From Promethearchaeota archaeon (lineage in GTDB: Archaea; Asgardarchaeota; Lokiarchaeia; Sigyniarchaeales; SOKP01): 25,361 bases of DNA. The stretch is taken from the NCBI GenBank assembly GCA_016926735.1, contig JAFGOA010000096.1, positions 1-25,361 of the forward strand, in the 5' to 3' direction. Of the stretch, positions 16,494 to 25,361 are shown in pieces. The translations under genes and the position numbers were made by a program. Numbering within the stretch: the stretch's first letter is position 1; each line of letters begins with the position of its first letter. The notes below the pieces were generated by a model. It saw nothing but the letters and a program-made list of their open reading frames with translations, ran no database searches and was not told where the DNA came from.

Positions 16494-17713
16494 TGAAAAA
16501 AATTTCGGGAAATCCTTATTTAAGTGTAAATAATAATGAAATTCTAATAGATCAAATAAAATTAAATGATCTATTGAAAAAATATCAAACACCATTTATG
16601 ATTTTTATAGAAAATAGGCTAAAAGATAATATCAAAACATTTAATCATGTTTTTAATGATCATTTTGAGAATTTCAAGGGATACTATTCAGTTAAAGCAA
16701 ACTTTCTCTCAGATATTTGTAAATTAGTAAATAGTGAGAATTTTGGTGCTGAAATTATAAGTCTTCCTGAATTAAAATTATGCCTAAATTGTGGTTTTAA
16801 ACCAGAAGATATAATAATTGGCGGTCCATATTTATCTGAAAATCTAATTAGAGAATCCATATCTAAAAAAGTAAGTGAAATTATTGTATATGATCTTGAT
16901 GATATAGAAAAAATTGATTTTATAGCAAAAGAATATGGTATTTTACAAGATATTTGTATAAGAATAAATTCTATGAAATATATGAGCAAACTAGGCGTAA
17001 ATCTTTCTCATGATAATATAAAAAAATTATCACATATCTTAAATAAATCTAAGAATGTTAATTTTTCTACTATTACATCTCATTATGGTTCTCAACTGAA
17101 TAATGTTAATCAATACTTAACAAATCTTGATAATCTTATAGAAGTTTTTAAATTACTAAAGCAAAAAGGATTTAATATAAAAAACCTTAATTTAGGTGGA
17201 GGGTTTCCAGAAGCTTCTATTATGCCCAAAAAACAATTAGAATTAATTGCACTTGAGATAAAGAACTATTTATTCTCAAATCATATTGATTATGATAAGA
17301 TAATTTTTGAACCTGGGAGATATTTAGTTGGTGATACAGGAGTATTTATTTCGGAAATCATAAAAACAAATGATGATAGATGGATTTTTCTAAATATTGG
17401 TAATCATATTTGTCCAAAATTCGCCCGTTGTTCTTTAAGATTTTATAATGCAACCCAAATAGACTCACCTCATAAATATAAGACATCTATTGCGGGTATA
17501 ATCCCAACAGATCAAGATGTTCTCGCTAAAAATTACTTTTTCTCAAAAGACTTGAGTAAAGGAGATCATATTCTTATAACTAATGTAGGTGCTTATTGTT
17601 TAACGTTTTCCAATAGGTTTCCCTATTCATTACCAATAATTTTATCAATTAAAAATAACGAATTCAAAGAAATCTTTAATCCAAACGTTCAAAATGATTT
17701 TTCTCTAAGTTGA
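16493..17713 (+). CDS. PLP-dependent fold-III decarboxylase (diaminopimelate/ornithine decarboxylase family), atypical
   Basis: YSVKAN (PLP Lys), SKLG, HYGSQ, LNLGGGF, FEPGRYLV, VGAY. The usual GPxCxxxD motif reads GIIPTDQD. Confidence 0.85.
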   Translation: MKKISGNPYLSVNNNEILIDQIKLNDLLKKYQTPFMIFIENRLKDNIKTFNHVFNDHFENFKGYYSVKANFLSDICKLVNSENFGAEIISLPELKLCLNCGFKPEDIIIGGPYLSENLIRESISKKVSEIIVYDLDDIEKIDFIAKEYGILQDICIRINSMKYMSKLGVNLSHDNIKKLSHILNKSKNVNFSTITSHYGSQLNNVNQYLTNLDNLIEVFKLLKQKGFNIKNLNLGGGFPEASIMPKKQLELIALEIKNYLFSNHIDYDKIIFEPGRYLVGDTGVFISEIIKTNDDRWIFLNIGNHICPKFARCSLRFYNATQIDSPHKYKTSIAGIIPTDQDVLAKNYFFSKDLSKGDHILITNVGAYCLTFSNRFPYSLPIILSIKNNEFKEIFNPNVQNDFSLS

Positions 17714-17817
17714 TTTTTTATATATTTTTCTCTCATAATATCTACATAATATAAAATTTCTAATTTTTGTTGGTCTTCTCTTTTTTTAACCATATATCAA
17801 AATTTAAAAGTGATTAA

Positions 17818-18924
17818 GTGGAATCATTCATAAATAATGCACGTAAGAGAGTAGTCAATCGACCTGACAGAAATAATATAGGATATGCAAATATAAAAAT
17901 AGTAGGAACTGGTGGTGCAGGTAATAATACTATCAATAGATTGATGAATATTGGAATAAGAGGCGCTATATGTATAGCTATTAACACAGATCATCAACAT
18001 CTTGATATGATAGATTCTCATATTAAAATCTTAATCGGTAAAAATCTTACAAGGGGATTAGGAGCAGGTGGAAATCCAGAAATAGGAAGAAAAGCTGCTG
18101 AAGAGAGTTTAGAGGATTTGACCAAAGTATTAAGAGAAGCAGATTTAGTTTTTATAACTTGTGGTGAAGGAGGTGGTACTGGTACTGGTAGTGCTCCGAT
18201 TATAGCGGAAATTGCTAAAAAAGAAGAAGCTATTGTAGTTGGAGTTGTTACTCTTCCTTTTAAATCCGAAATAGGTAGATTAGAAAAAGCTCAAAAAGGA
18301 TTACATGAATTAAAACAATATGTAGATACATTAGTAGTTATTGACAATAATAGATTATTAGAAATTGCACCTGATCTCCCAATTATTGAAGCATTTAGTG
18401 TTGCAGATGAAGTTTTAGCTACAATGGTTAAAGGTATAACTGAAACAATTTCTCTACCATCATTAATTAATTTAGACTATGCTGATGTAAAAACAATTTT
18501 AGGCACGGGTGGTGTAACTCTTGTAGGTGTTGGTGAGTCAAACGGTTCTGAGAATAGAGTAAACGAGGCAATAGAAGATGCTCTTAGTTCGCCTTTATTA
18601 GATGTAGATATAGAAGGTGCAAAAGGAGCTTTGATTCATATATGTGGTGGTAATGATATGACATTAGCAGAAGCAAATTCTGTAGCAGCTAAAATTTCTG
18701 AAAAAATGGCAATGAAGGATGCAATGATTATTTGGGGGGCTCGTGTTAGTGATGAATTTGATGGATATTTAAGAGTAATGCTTTTAATTACTGGAATAAA
18801 ATCTCCTCAAATTTATGGCAATGAATTCAAACGAAATCAATCTTTTATGGGACATAATATTCCCAGAAATAAAGTTGGTTTATCTGACGATATATTTAAT
18901 ATTAGTGAAATTAGTTCAGATTAA
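17818..18924 (+). CDS. ftsZ: Cell division GTPase FtsZ
   Basis: [27 protein letters not shown], tubulin signature GGGTGTG, IDNNRL, T7 loop INLDYAD. Confidence 0.98.
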   Translation: MESFINNARKRVVNRPDRNNIGYANIKIVGTGGAGNNTINRLMNIGIRGAICIAINTDHQHLDMIDSHIKILIGKNLTRGLGAGGNPEIGRKAAEESLEDLTKVLREADLVFITCGEGGGTGTGSAPIIAEIAKKEEAIVVGVVTLPFKSEIGRLEKAQKGLHELKQYVDTLVVIDNNRLLEIAPDLPIIEAFSVADEVLATMVKGITETISLPSLINLDYADVKTILGTGGVTLVGVGESNGSENRVNEAIEDALSSPLLDVDIEGAKGALIHICGGNDMTLAEANSVAAKISEKMAMKDAMIIWGARVSDEFDGYLRVMLLITGIKSPQIYGNEFKRNQSFMGHNIPRNKVGLSDDIFNISEISSD

Positions 18925-18954
18925 TCAGAAATAATTGTTATTTTTATCAATTAC

Positions 18955-18996
18955 AGCAAAAGAAAACAACCTCCTTTAGGGGTGAGTAGTTCAATA
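18955..18996 (+). repeat. Solitary hairpin resembling an IS200/IS605 right end
   Basis: GAAAACAACCTCCTTTAGGGGTGAGTAGTTCAATA; the terminal TAGTTCAATA is identical to the reverse complement of 3238-3247. Confidence 0.5.
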
Positions 18997-19080
18997 ATAT
19001 AGACATTCTCCTTAAAGAAATAATTTTTAGAAAAGACTTCTATAATTATAAAAAATTTTTTTTTTTAAAAATAAAAAAAT

Positions 19081-19641
19081 CTAGAATTCGGGTTTATACA
19101 TTTGCTTAAAGCGCTCTTTTTTCTTTTCACTATATTTATTTTCTAAAAACTTTAAAATTACATGATGAGGTGCTCCAGAAATAATCATATTTATTGCTTT
19201 TCTAGCTATCAATAAATTTTCATAATCCGCGATAATAGATACAGTTTTACCAAATATGGATACATGACTTTCTGCATAACGCTCGATTGCTTTACGTATC
19301 TCTCCATTTCTTCCTATAAGGCGTCCTTTTATTCTCTTTATTTTCTTTTCTGATTTACCTAGGATAGAAATAAGATTAAAAATTTCTAAATCAAATTCTT
19401 CATCCATTAAAATCATTGCTTTCTTAGGATTAAATCCTCTATTTATAGCTTCAATGATTTTTTTTGCAATTATGTGATTTAGGGGGTCATAACTCTTATT
19501 TTCTAAATCTTGTTTAATTTCTACTTCTCCATTCTCACTATTAATGTCAATATGAATTCCTAATCTTTGTTCAATTTCATTTTTTGTCTCACCGTTTTTT
19601 CCAATGACAACCGCTATTCTTGAACTATTTAATTTAAGCAT
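19081..19641 (-). CDS. dim2: KH-domain ribosome biogenesis factor Dim2/Pno1
   Basis: KH GxxG loops VIGKNGE and RLIGRNGE, AINRGF.P..A, ISGAPH..I..FLE. Confidence 0.92.
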   Translation of the reverse strand: MLKLNSSRIAVVIGKNGETKNEIEQRLGIHIDINSENGEVEIKQDLENKSYDPLNHIIAKKIIEAINRGFNPKKAMILMDEEFDLEIFNLISILGKSEKKIKRIKGRLIGRNGEIRKAIERYAESHVSIFGKTVSIIADYENLLIARKAINMIISGAPHHVILKFLENKYSEKKKERFKQMYKPEF

Positions 19642-19905
19642 ATTTTATATGTATACCTTTAATTTTTAAATAAATTGCATATGATATTAATTATGTATAA
19701 TATTTGAAATGAATATATTCATAATTATGAAAATAATTATTTTTATCATCTTTATGAACAATTAATTTTAAATAATCTATAGATTTGTCATTGAAGTTAT
19801 ATCATTTAAATATTATTTGAAAAACTAATTTAAATTGATATAATAATTTTTTAATATATCGTTCATATATTAATTCTAACATTTATATATGAAAAATGAT
19901 CTAAA

Positions 19906-20931
19906 TTGAATCCTGAAGAAATAGATTTTTATAATCTCGGTTTTGATTTTATTGAAACGAATCAAATGTTTATATCTGAATTTAAAAATGGTGAATGGGA
20001 TGAAGGTAAGATTGTTCCATTTGGTCCCTTTGAAATCTCTCCTGCAGCTTGTATATTAAACTACGGACAAGGAATATTTGAAGGTATGAAAGCATTAAAG
20101 GGAAAAACTGGTGAAATTACGTTATTCAGACCTGACGAAAATGCAAAAAGACTTAATATAAGTGCTAAAAGATTATTGATGCCTTGTTTTGATGAAGAGC
20201 GATTCATTAATGCAGTTAAAGATGTTGTAAGAGCTAATAAAGAATATATCCCTCCTTATGATAGTGGTGGAGCATTATATATTAGACCATTAATGATTGG
20301 AAGTGGTCCTATTTTAGGAGTAGCACCAGCAAATGAATATAAATTTATAATATATACAGTACCTGTAGGACCATATTTTCCAGAAGGATTTAAAGCAATT
20401 GATCTAGAAATATCAATGGAATATACGAGAGCTGCTCCTGGAGGGACGGGATATGCAAAAACTTGTTGTAATTATGCTGGAACAATGAAACCTGCAAAAG
20501 AAACGAAAACAAAAGGGTATTCACAAATTATTTACCTTGATGCTTCAAATATGGAATATATTGATGAAGTTGGTACAGCTAATTTTTTTGCTATAATAGA
20601 TGATAAATTAGTTACTCCTAAACTTAAAGGAACAATTTTACCTGGGATAACTAGAAAATCTGTTTTAGAAATAGCAAATACTAAACTTTCTGTTACATCA
20701 GAAGAAAGAGATATATCGTATAAAGAATTGTTTAATGATTCGTGTTCGGAGGCTTTTTGTACAGGAACTGCTGCTGTAATCACTCCAATTGGGTCAATTA
20801 CCTTAAATAAAGAAACGAGAATATTTAATAATAGTGAACCTGGAGAATTAACAAAAAAAATTTATGATTTATTAATTGGTATCCAAAGACTGGAAATTGA
20901 TGATGACTTTGGATGGGTAGAAAAAATATAA
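19906..20931 (+). CDS. ilvE: Branched-chain amino acid aminotransferase (PLP fold IV)
   Basis: LNYGQGIFEGMKA, LFRPDENAKRL, LYIRP, RAAPGGTG.AK, EVGTANFF, ILPGITR, GTAAVITP; TTG start. Confidence 0.96.
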   Translation: MNPEEIDFYNLGFDFIETNQMFISEFKNGEWDEGKIVPFGPFEISPAACILNYGQGIFEGMKALKGKTGEITLFRPDENAKRLNISAKRLLMPCFDEERFINAVKDVVRANKEYIPPYDSGGALYIRPLMIGSGPILGVAPANEYKFIIYTVPVGPYFPEGFKAIDLEISMEYTRAAPGGTGYAKTCCNYAGTMKPAKETKTKGYSQIIYLDASNMEYIDEVGTANFFAIIDDKLVTPKLKGTILPGITRKSVLEIANTKLSVTSEERDISYKELFNDSCSEAFCTGTAAVITPIGSITLNKETRIFNNSEPGELTKKIYDLLIGIQRLEIDDDFGWVEKI

Positions 20932-20940
20932 TTTTTTTTT
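20932..20940 (+). terminator. Oligo-U terminator candidate after ilvE
   Basis: T9 immediately after the stop codon, followed by further T-rich sequence, between convergent genes. Confidence 0.45.
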
Positions 20941-20970
20941 ACTTTTCTTTTTTCTTTAAATTTTCCTAAA

Positions 20971-21294
20971 TTAAGATTTTTTTTCAATTTTTATAGAAGG
21001 CCATATAATCTTCTCGCTTTTACATTTTGGGCATTTAGAGGGAATTTTTAATTCAAAACCTTTTTGAGTAAAAATATATCCACATAATCCGCATGAAGAG
21101 GGAGCAACATATATTTTTTTTCCTTGATTAATTAAAGTTTTTGCAATATGAGCAATATCTTTTATTAAGATACTTTTATTTGGATAATCTAATTCTTTTA
21201 CTAAAGCTTTAAGATCATTTATTTCCTTTATATCTTCTAATAATTCTAAGAGTTTTTCTCTTCTTGTTTTCCATCTACTATTTTTTTCATACAT
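20971..21294 (-). CDS. Archaeal HTH plus Zn-ribbon predicted transcriptional regulator (COG3357-like)
   Basis: TRREKLLELL, DIAHIAKT, P..CGLCGYIF...PSKCPKCKSE.I.WP. Confidence 0.85.
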   Translation of the reverse strand: MYEKNSRWKTRREKLLELLEDIKEINDLKALVKELDYPNKSILIKDIAHIAKTLINQGKKIYVAPSSCGLCGYIFTQKGFELKIPSKCPKCKSEKIIWPSIKIEKKS

Positions 21295-21535
21295 AAATTA
21301 TAATTTAATAATAATTTAGGGTTTCTTTTTTATCTTTTTTTTCTCTAAAAACAATTTTTTATGAGGTTATAGAATATTATTTAAAAAAAAAATATAGGCC
21401 AAAATATAATTTATTAAGATATTGATACAAAAATAAAAAAATAGGGGGTGGCTCTAAATATAAATAATAGATATAATTTTTTTAAAAACATTCAGATTAA
21501 TTATACTATTATAGAAAAATTCATGTGGTCTAAAT

Positions 21536-22036
21536 ATGTCTATTGATAATATCATTAAATTTAAAAAAATATGTGATCTTCTAAATATAAATACTAATGC
21601 AAAAGAAGATTTTTCTAAAAGATTAGTTCTACAAAAATTATTTTACCTTTTGCAAAAACTTGGACTAAATCTAGAGATCAAATATAACTTCTATAAATAT
21701 GGTCCTTATTCAAGTGATCTAACGGATATTTATTATACTATTATGAATCTTTCTCAAAAAGATTTTAATTATTTTCCCGAAGTTAGTTTTTCTGAAGAAG
21801 AGCTTAATATTATTCATAAATTAAATACAATATACCAAGAATGGGGTAATAATATTGATAAATTGGAATTTTATACAAGTGTGTTATATATTTATACTGA
21901 TATGTATTTAAAGAACCAAAATAAGGATTGTATAAAGAAAATAGTAAACAAATATAAACCAAGACTTTTTATTAAATATAATTTTGATGAAGTATTAGAA
22001 GATCTTAAAATACAAGGTTTTTTAAAATTACCTTAA
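21536..22036 (+). CDS. YwgA/SocA(Panacea)-like protein, putative antitoxin or regulatory partner
   Basis: RLVLQKLFYLLQ, YNFYKYGPYSSDL, LE..TS.LY pattern. Confidence 0.7.
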   Translation: MSIDNIIKFKKICDLLNINTNAKEDFSKRLVLQKLFYLLQKLGLNLEIKYNFYKYGPYSSDLTDIYYTIMNLSQKDFNYFPEVSFSEEELNIIHKLNTIYQEWGNNIDKLEFYTSVLYIYTDMYLKNQNKDCIKKIVNKYKPRLFIKYNFDEVLEDLKIQGFLKLP

Positions 22037-22055
22037 GATTTATCTTAAATTAAAT

Positions 22056-23450
22056 ATGTATAGAAAATTAAATGATCCAATATTTGGATTAATTGAACTT
22101 AATAAAATAGAATCGATAATCGTTGACACGCCTCTCTTTCAAAGGTTAAGATATGTTAAACAACTTGCTCTAGCAAACTATATATATCCCTCCGCCAATC
22201 ATGATAGATTCTCACATTCATTAGGTGTTTTTTTTTTAACCAATAGAATATGTGAAACTTTAGATAAGAAGAATAATCATATTTTAGATCCTATTAATGT
22301 TAAAAATTTAAGAATGGCCGCCTTATTGCACGATTTAGGACATTCTCCCTTCTCTCACGCTCTTGAATTTTATAAAAAAGATGATTTTGATACACAAAAA
22401 TTTCCTTTTTTTTTTAAAATCCCTCATGAGGAATTTAGTACATATTTGATTAAAAACTCTTATATAAAAGATATTTTGGATGAACATGGTTATGAAGTGA
22501 ATTTGATATGTAATTTAATAGAAGGAAATGAAATTGAAGATTTAATTCTAAGTAGAATTATTAATTGGGAATTAGATTCGGATAGACTTGATTATATTTT
22601 AAGAGATTCTTACTTTACGGGCGTTGGATTTGGAAATATAAATTATCATTATCTTTTAAATAGTTTTAAATGTTATAATAATAAAAGGATTGTAATAGAC
22701 AGTAAGGCGATAAGAGATATTGAGCATTTTATTATATCTAGATTCTCTCTTCATGATAGAGTATATACACATAAAACAGGGTCTTATTTTACATATATGC
22801 TCACTTATTCAGCATATTATACCATTTTAAATGAGTATTTTCCTTCATTTAGAAATAAAACTGAACTTGATGATATTATTTCTACCCAAGAAAACTCTAA
22901 AAAAATATTCGAATTCTCAGATTTTTATCTAATAAATAAACTGTATAAAATATATAACGATCTAAAAACCTCTAATAATGAAGAAAATCTGAAATTATCT
23001 CGTATTTTTGAGGCTGTTATCTTTAGAAAAAAGAATTTCAAAATTATTAAATATTCATTATTTACATCTAAATCGGAGTATGAAACCGATATTTTAAAAT
23101 TTAAAATAAAATCTCTTCTAAAATCTTTAATAGATATGTATCCTTTTGAGATCTTTGTACATACTCCAAAAAATGTTTTTACAAAATATCTATCGTCAAA
23201 AATCTCTCCACTAAATTCAAATAATGAATCCTATGAAAAATTTAAAGAAGAAGAGGAACAGACAATATGGATTCAAGAAAAGAATAAAACTCCAGAAATA
23301 TTTTATAGATCTAATGAAACTTTTTTTAGAAAAATCCATGAATTCGGTATAACAAAAGTTTTGGTTTATATTAACAAGGATAATAAAGATTTACTTAAAA
23401 AATTTGAAAATCTCCAATCTAAAATAAAAGATATAATCTTTAAACAATAG
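22056..23450 (+). CDS. HD-domain phosphohydrolase of the SAMHD1/YwfO dNTP-triphosphohydrolase type
   Basis: DPIFG.I, DTPLFQRLRYVKQL, YPSANHDRFSHSLG, AALLHDLGHSPFSH, HEE, LDSDRLDYILRDS, R..L..RVYTH; H..HD..D metal ligands intact. Confidence 0.92.
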   Translation: MYRKLNDPIFGLIELNKIESIIVDTPLFQRLRYVKQLALANYIYPSANHDRFSHSLGVFFLTNRICETLDKKNNHILDPINVKNLRMAALLHDLGHSPFSHALEFYKKDDFDTQKFPFFFKIPHEEFSTYLIKNSYIKDILDEHGYEVNLICNLIEGNEIEDLILSRIINWELDSDRLDYILRDSYFTGVGFGNINYHYLLNSFKCYNNKRIVIDSKAIRDIEHFIISRFSLHDRVYTHKTGSYFTYMLTYSAYYTILNEYFPSFRNKTELDDIISTQENSKKIFEFSDFYLINKLYKIYNDLKTSNNEENLKLSRIFEAVIFRKKNFKIIKYSLFTSKSEYETDILKFKIKSLLKSLIDMYPFEIFVHTPKNVFTKYLSSKISPLNSNNESYEKFKEEEEQTIWIQEKNKTPEIFYRSNETFFRKIHEFGITKVLVYINKDNKDLLKKFENLQSKIKDIIFKQ

Positions 23451-23551
23451 AATAATAGATTCAATAATTAATAGTAAATTATTCTTTTTTTTAGATCTTT
23501 AAATAATTCTGTTATAATAACATTAACACCTAATTATTTCTTTTCTATAAA

Positions 23552-24241
23552 ATGAAGATAAATACGAATTGGCAAAATTATATTTTTATTATTATCATTA
23601 TTGCTCCTATTCAGTATATTATTCTTTCTTCAATAGCTATGTTTTTTTATTCAGGAGGGACCTTAGATAATCAGATGAGTTTTGGATATAACTTTTGGAA
23701 CAATTTTTTTAGTGATTTGGGTAGATTTACCGCTCTTTCTGGAGAACCAAATTATATTTCTTTTATAATTTTTACATTTTCTGCATTAATAATGAGTATA
23801 TCTCTTATTTTATTTGTTATTTCCTTGTATAGACTATTTCAAGATAAAAATCAAATAAATAAATATATCAATCTTGGAAGTATTTTTGGGCTTATTACTG
23901 CGTTTTTCTTGATTTTAACTGTTCTAACACCTTGGGACCTTTTTCCAAGTGTTCATCTAATGTTTAGTTATTTATTTAATTTTTTTGGGGCATTTACAGC
24001 CTTTTTTTATTTTTTAGTAATTATAAACAATCAACAATATTGTAATAGATATGGATTTTTATTTTTATTCTTATTATTATTAGCAATTTTCTATATATTT
24101 TTGTATCCAATATCCTCCATATTTTTTGATTTGAATAAAATTTCAATACAAGCTACCTATCAGAAAATATCTCAATATGCATTTCTTTTATGTTATTGTC
24201 TTCAAGGTATTGGAGCATTAAAATATAAAATGAGTAATTAG
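23552..24241 (+). CDS. DUF998-like polytopic membrane protein
   Basis: YSGG...GYNFWNNFFSDLG motif, P.D....H motif, about six hydrophobic helices. Confidence 0.7.
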   Translation: MKINTNWQNYIFIIIIIAPIQYIILSSIAMFFYSGGTLDNQMSFGYNFWNNFFSDLGRFTALSGEPNYISFIIFTFSALIMSISLILFVISLYRLFQDKNQINKYINLGSIFGLITAFFLILTVLTPWDLFPSVHLMFSYLFNFFGAFTAFFYFLVIINNQQYCNRYGFLFLFLLLLAIFYIFLYPISSIFFDLNKISIQATYQKISQYAFLLCYCLQGIGALKYKMSN

Positions 24242-24330
24242 ATTATAGTAAATTTGTTATCTCTAATAATTTAGAAATAAATGATTAGTTAAGATAATAT
24301 CAACATTTAAATTATCATTTTAATAATAAA

Positions 24331-25272
24331 ATGCAAATGGCAGATTCTTATTCAAATTTTATGATTTATGCACTTGAAAACACTGGAGAGAGAGTGAAGC
24401 TTGAAATCTCCGAAAATGATTTTATAAAAAAAGATAATCAATCAATTTTAGACCCTTCTCAAGTATACATTATTGTAAAAGAGGAAATAAGGAGAATTTA
24501 TATTTGGAAAGGATATGAATCTCCTGTAAGGAAAAAATTTATAGCATCTCGCGTTGCTGCTGAATTACAGAATGAATTAATGCATCATGCAAATTTTCAT
24601 CGCTGTAAAATTATTTCAGTTGATCAGGGGGATGAACCTAAAGAATTCCTCAAAAATTTTAATATAAAACCTATAAAATTAGATAAAAAGGAGATGAAAA
24701 CTGAGATAAATCAAGAAAATATAGTAAAAAGCTCGATTAAAATTACTGATTATCCTAGTATTCAACAAATAAAATCTAAAACAATAAAAACAACTGAACC
24801 TTACAATAAAGAAAAAACCTCTCATCAATCTTTTCCTGACGAAAATCAAATACTTGATAATCTTTTAACAATTAACTCCTTAAAAAACTATAGAAGAAAA
24901 CATATTTTAGTTGGTTATTCTAAATTATATGGAATTATAAAGAAAAAATCAGAAATATTTGGAGAGAAAATTGAAAAGGAAAATTGGGAAGCAATTGAGA
25001 ATTTTCCAAAAGATATAATTGAATTAGATGATTTTAAACTTAGAATACATATTAAAAACCAAATTATTAATGCTATTGAGCTATTTGAAAAAGAAATAGA
25101 TGAAATAGAAATCCAAAAACCTGATAAAAGAACAACAAATAAATATTTATTTGAAAATTGGACTATTAATTCTCTTAGAGATTACTGTAAAGATAATCAT
25201 ATTTCAATTCCTTCTGGAAGTAAAAAAAATGATATTTTACAATTTATCGAGAAATATGAAAATTCACAATAG
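24331..25272 (+). CDS. Asgard single-domain gelsolin (1DGelX-like) with C-terminal SAP/HeH-like motif
   Basis: Gelsolin motifs LDPSQVYIIV, IYIWKGYESPVRKKFIA, VDQGDEPKEF; linker; middle domain (YRRKHILVG...LRIHI...IELFE); C-terminal WTINSLRDYCKDNHI.IPSGSKKNDIL. Confidence 0.8.
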   Translation: MQMADSYSNFMIYALENTGERVKLEISENDFIKKDNQSILDPSQVYIIVKEEIRRIYIWKGYESPVRKKFIASRVAAELQNELMHHANFHRCKIISVDQGDEPKEFLKNFNIKPIKLDKKEMKTEINQENIVKSSIKITDYPSIQQIKSKTIKTTEPYNKEKTSHQSFPDENQILDNLLTINSLKNYRRKHILVGYSKLYGIIKKKSEIFGEKIEKENWEAIENFPKDIIELDDFKLRIHIKNQIINAIELFEKEIDEIEIQKPDKRTTNKYLFENWTINSLRDYCKDNHISIPSGSKKNDILQFIEKYENSQ

Positions 25273-25361
25273 TCAAATATTAAAAATAATAAAAGAGAGA
25301 AATTAGATCGTAGGAACACACTCCCTTTTTATGTCTTTTTATTGTGATTTCATTGTTTTGT

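Noticed and set aside
16493-17713. Calling the decarboxylase lysA
   Set aside because: The catalytic Cys motif is absent and the context is not lysine biosynthesis, so the symbol was withheld.
19711-19731. Overlapping palindromes GAATATATTC and TTCATAATTATGAA between dim2 and ilvE
   Set aside because: Almost pure A/T in an extremely AT-rich spacer; chance is likely without conservation data.
1-25361. CRISPR array, rRNA, intact transposase, integrase or provirus
   Set aside because: No regularly spaced repeats, long GC-rich structural RNA or mobile-element ORFs were seen, and no duplicated tRNA 3' end (att site) was noticed.

Overview
Very AT-rich archaeal chromosomal segment, most likely from an Asgard archaeon of the Lokiarchaeia type. 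This is inferred from a Loki-type profilin and a gelsolin-domain protein alongside archaeal core genes (tfb, rpo12, mfnB, pantoate kinase, aroA', lysY/argC, PAC2, Dim2, ftsZ). It carries about 28 protein genes, mostly housekeeping or metabolic; rpo12 (10159..10302, -) is missing from the ORF track. Main highlights: (1) a tRNA-Leu(CAA) split by two introns, leaving the anticodon on a 5-nt micro-exon, with BHB geometry implying ordered splicing; (2) a YwgA/Panacea-like gene followed 19 nt later by a SAMHD1-like HD hydrolase, a candidate toxin-antitoxin or nucleotide-depletion defence module; (3) several decayed IS200/IS605-like end hairpins in intergenic DNA, two of which bracket a ~190-bp miniature element; (4) a profilin and a gelsolin, each with an extra C-terminal domain; (5) a coupled glycosyltransferase plus PLP decarboxylase lacking the usual catalytic Cys; (6) a coupled YkgJ Cys-cluster protein plus THUMP-less ThiI. 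All family calls come from motif recognition by eye; no searches were run.
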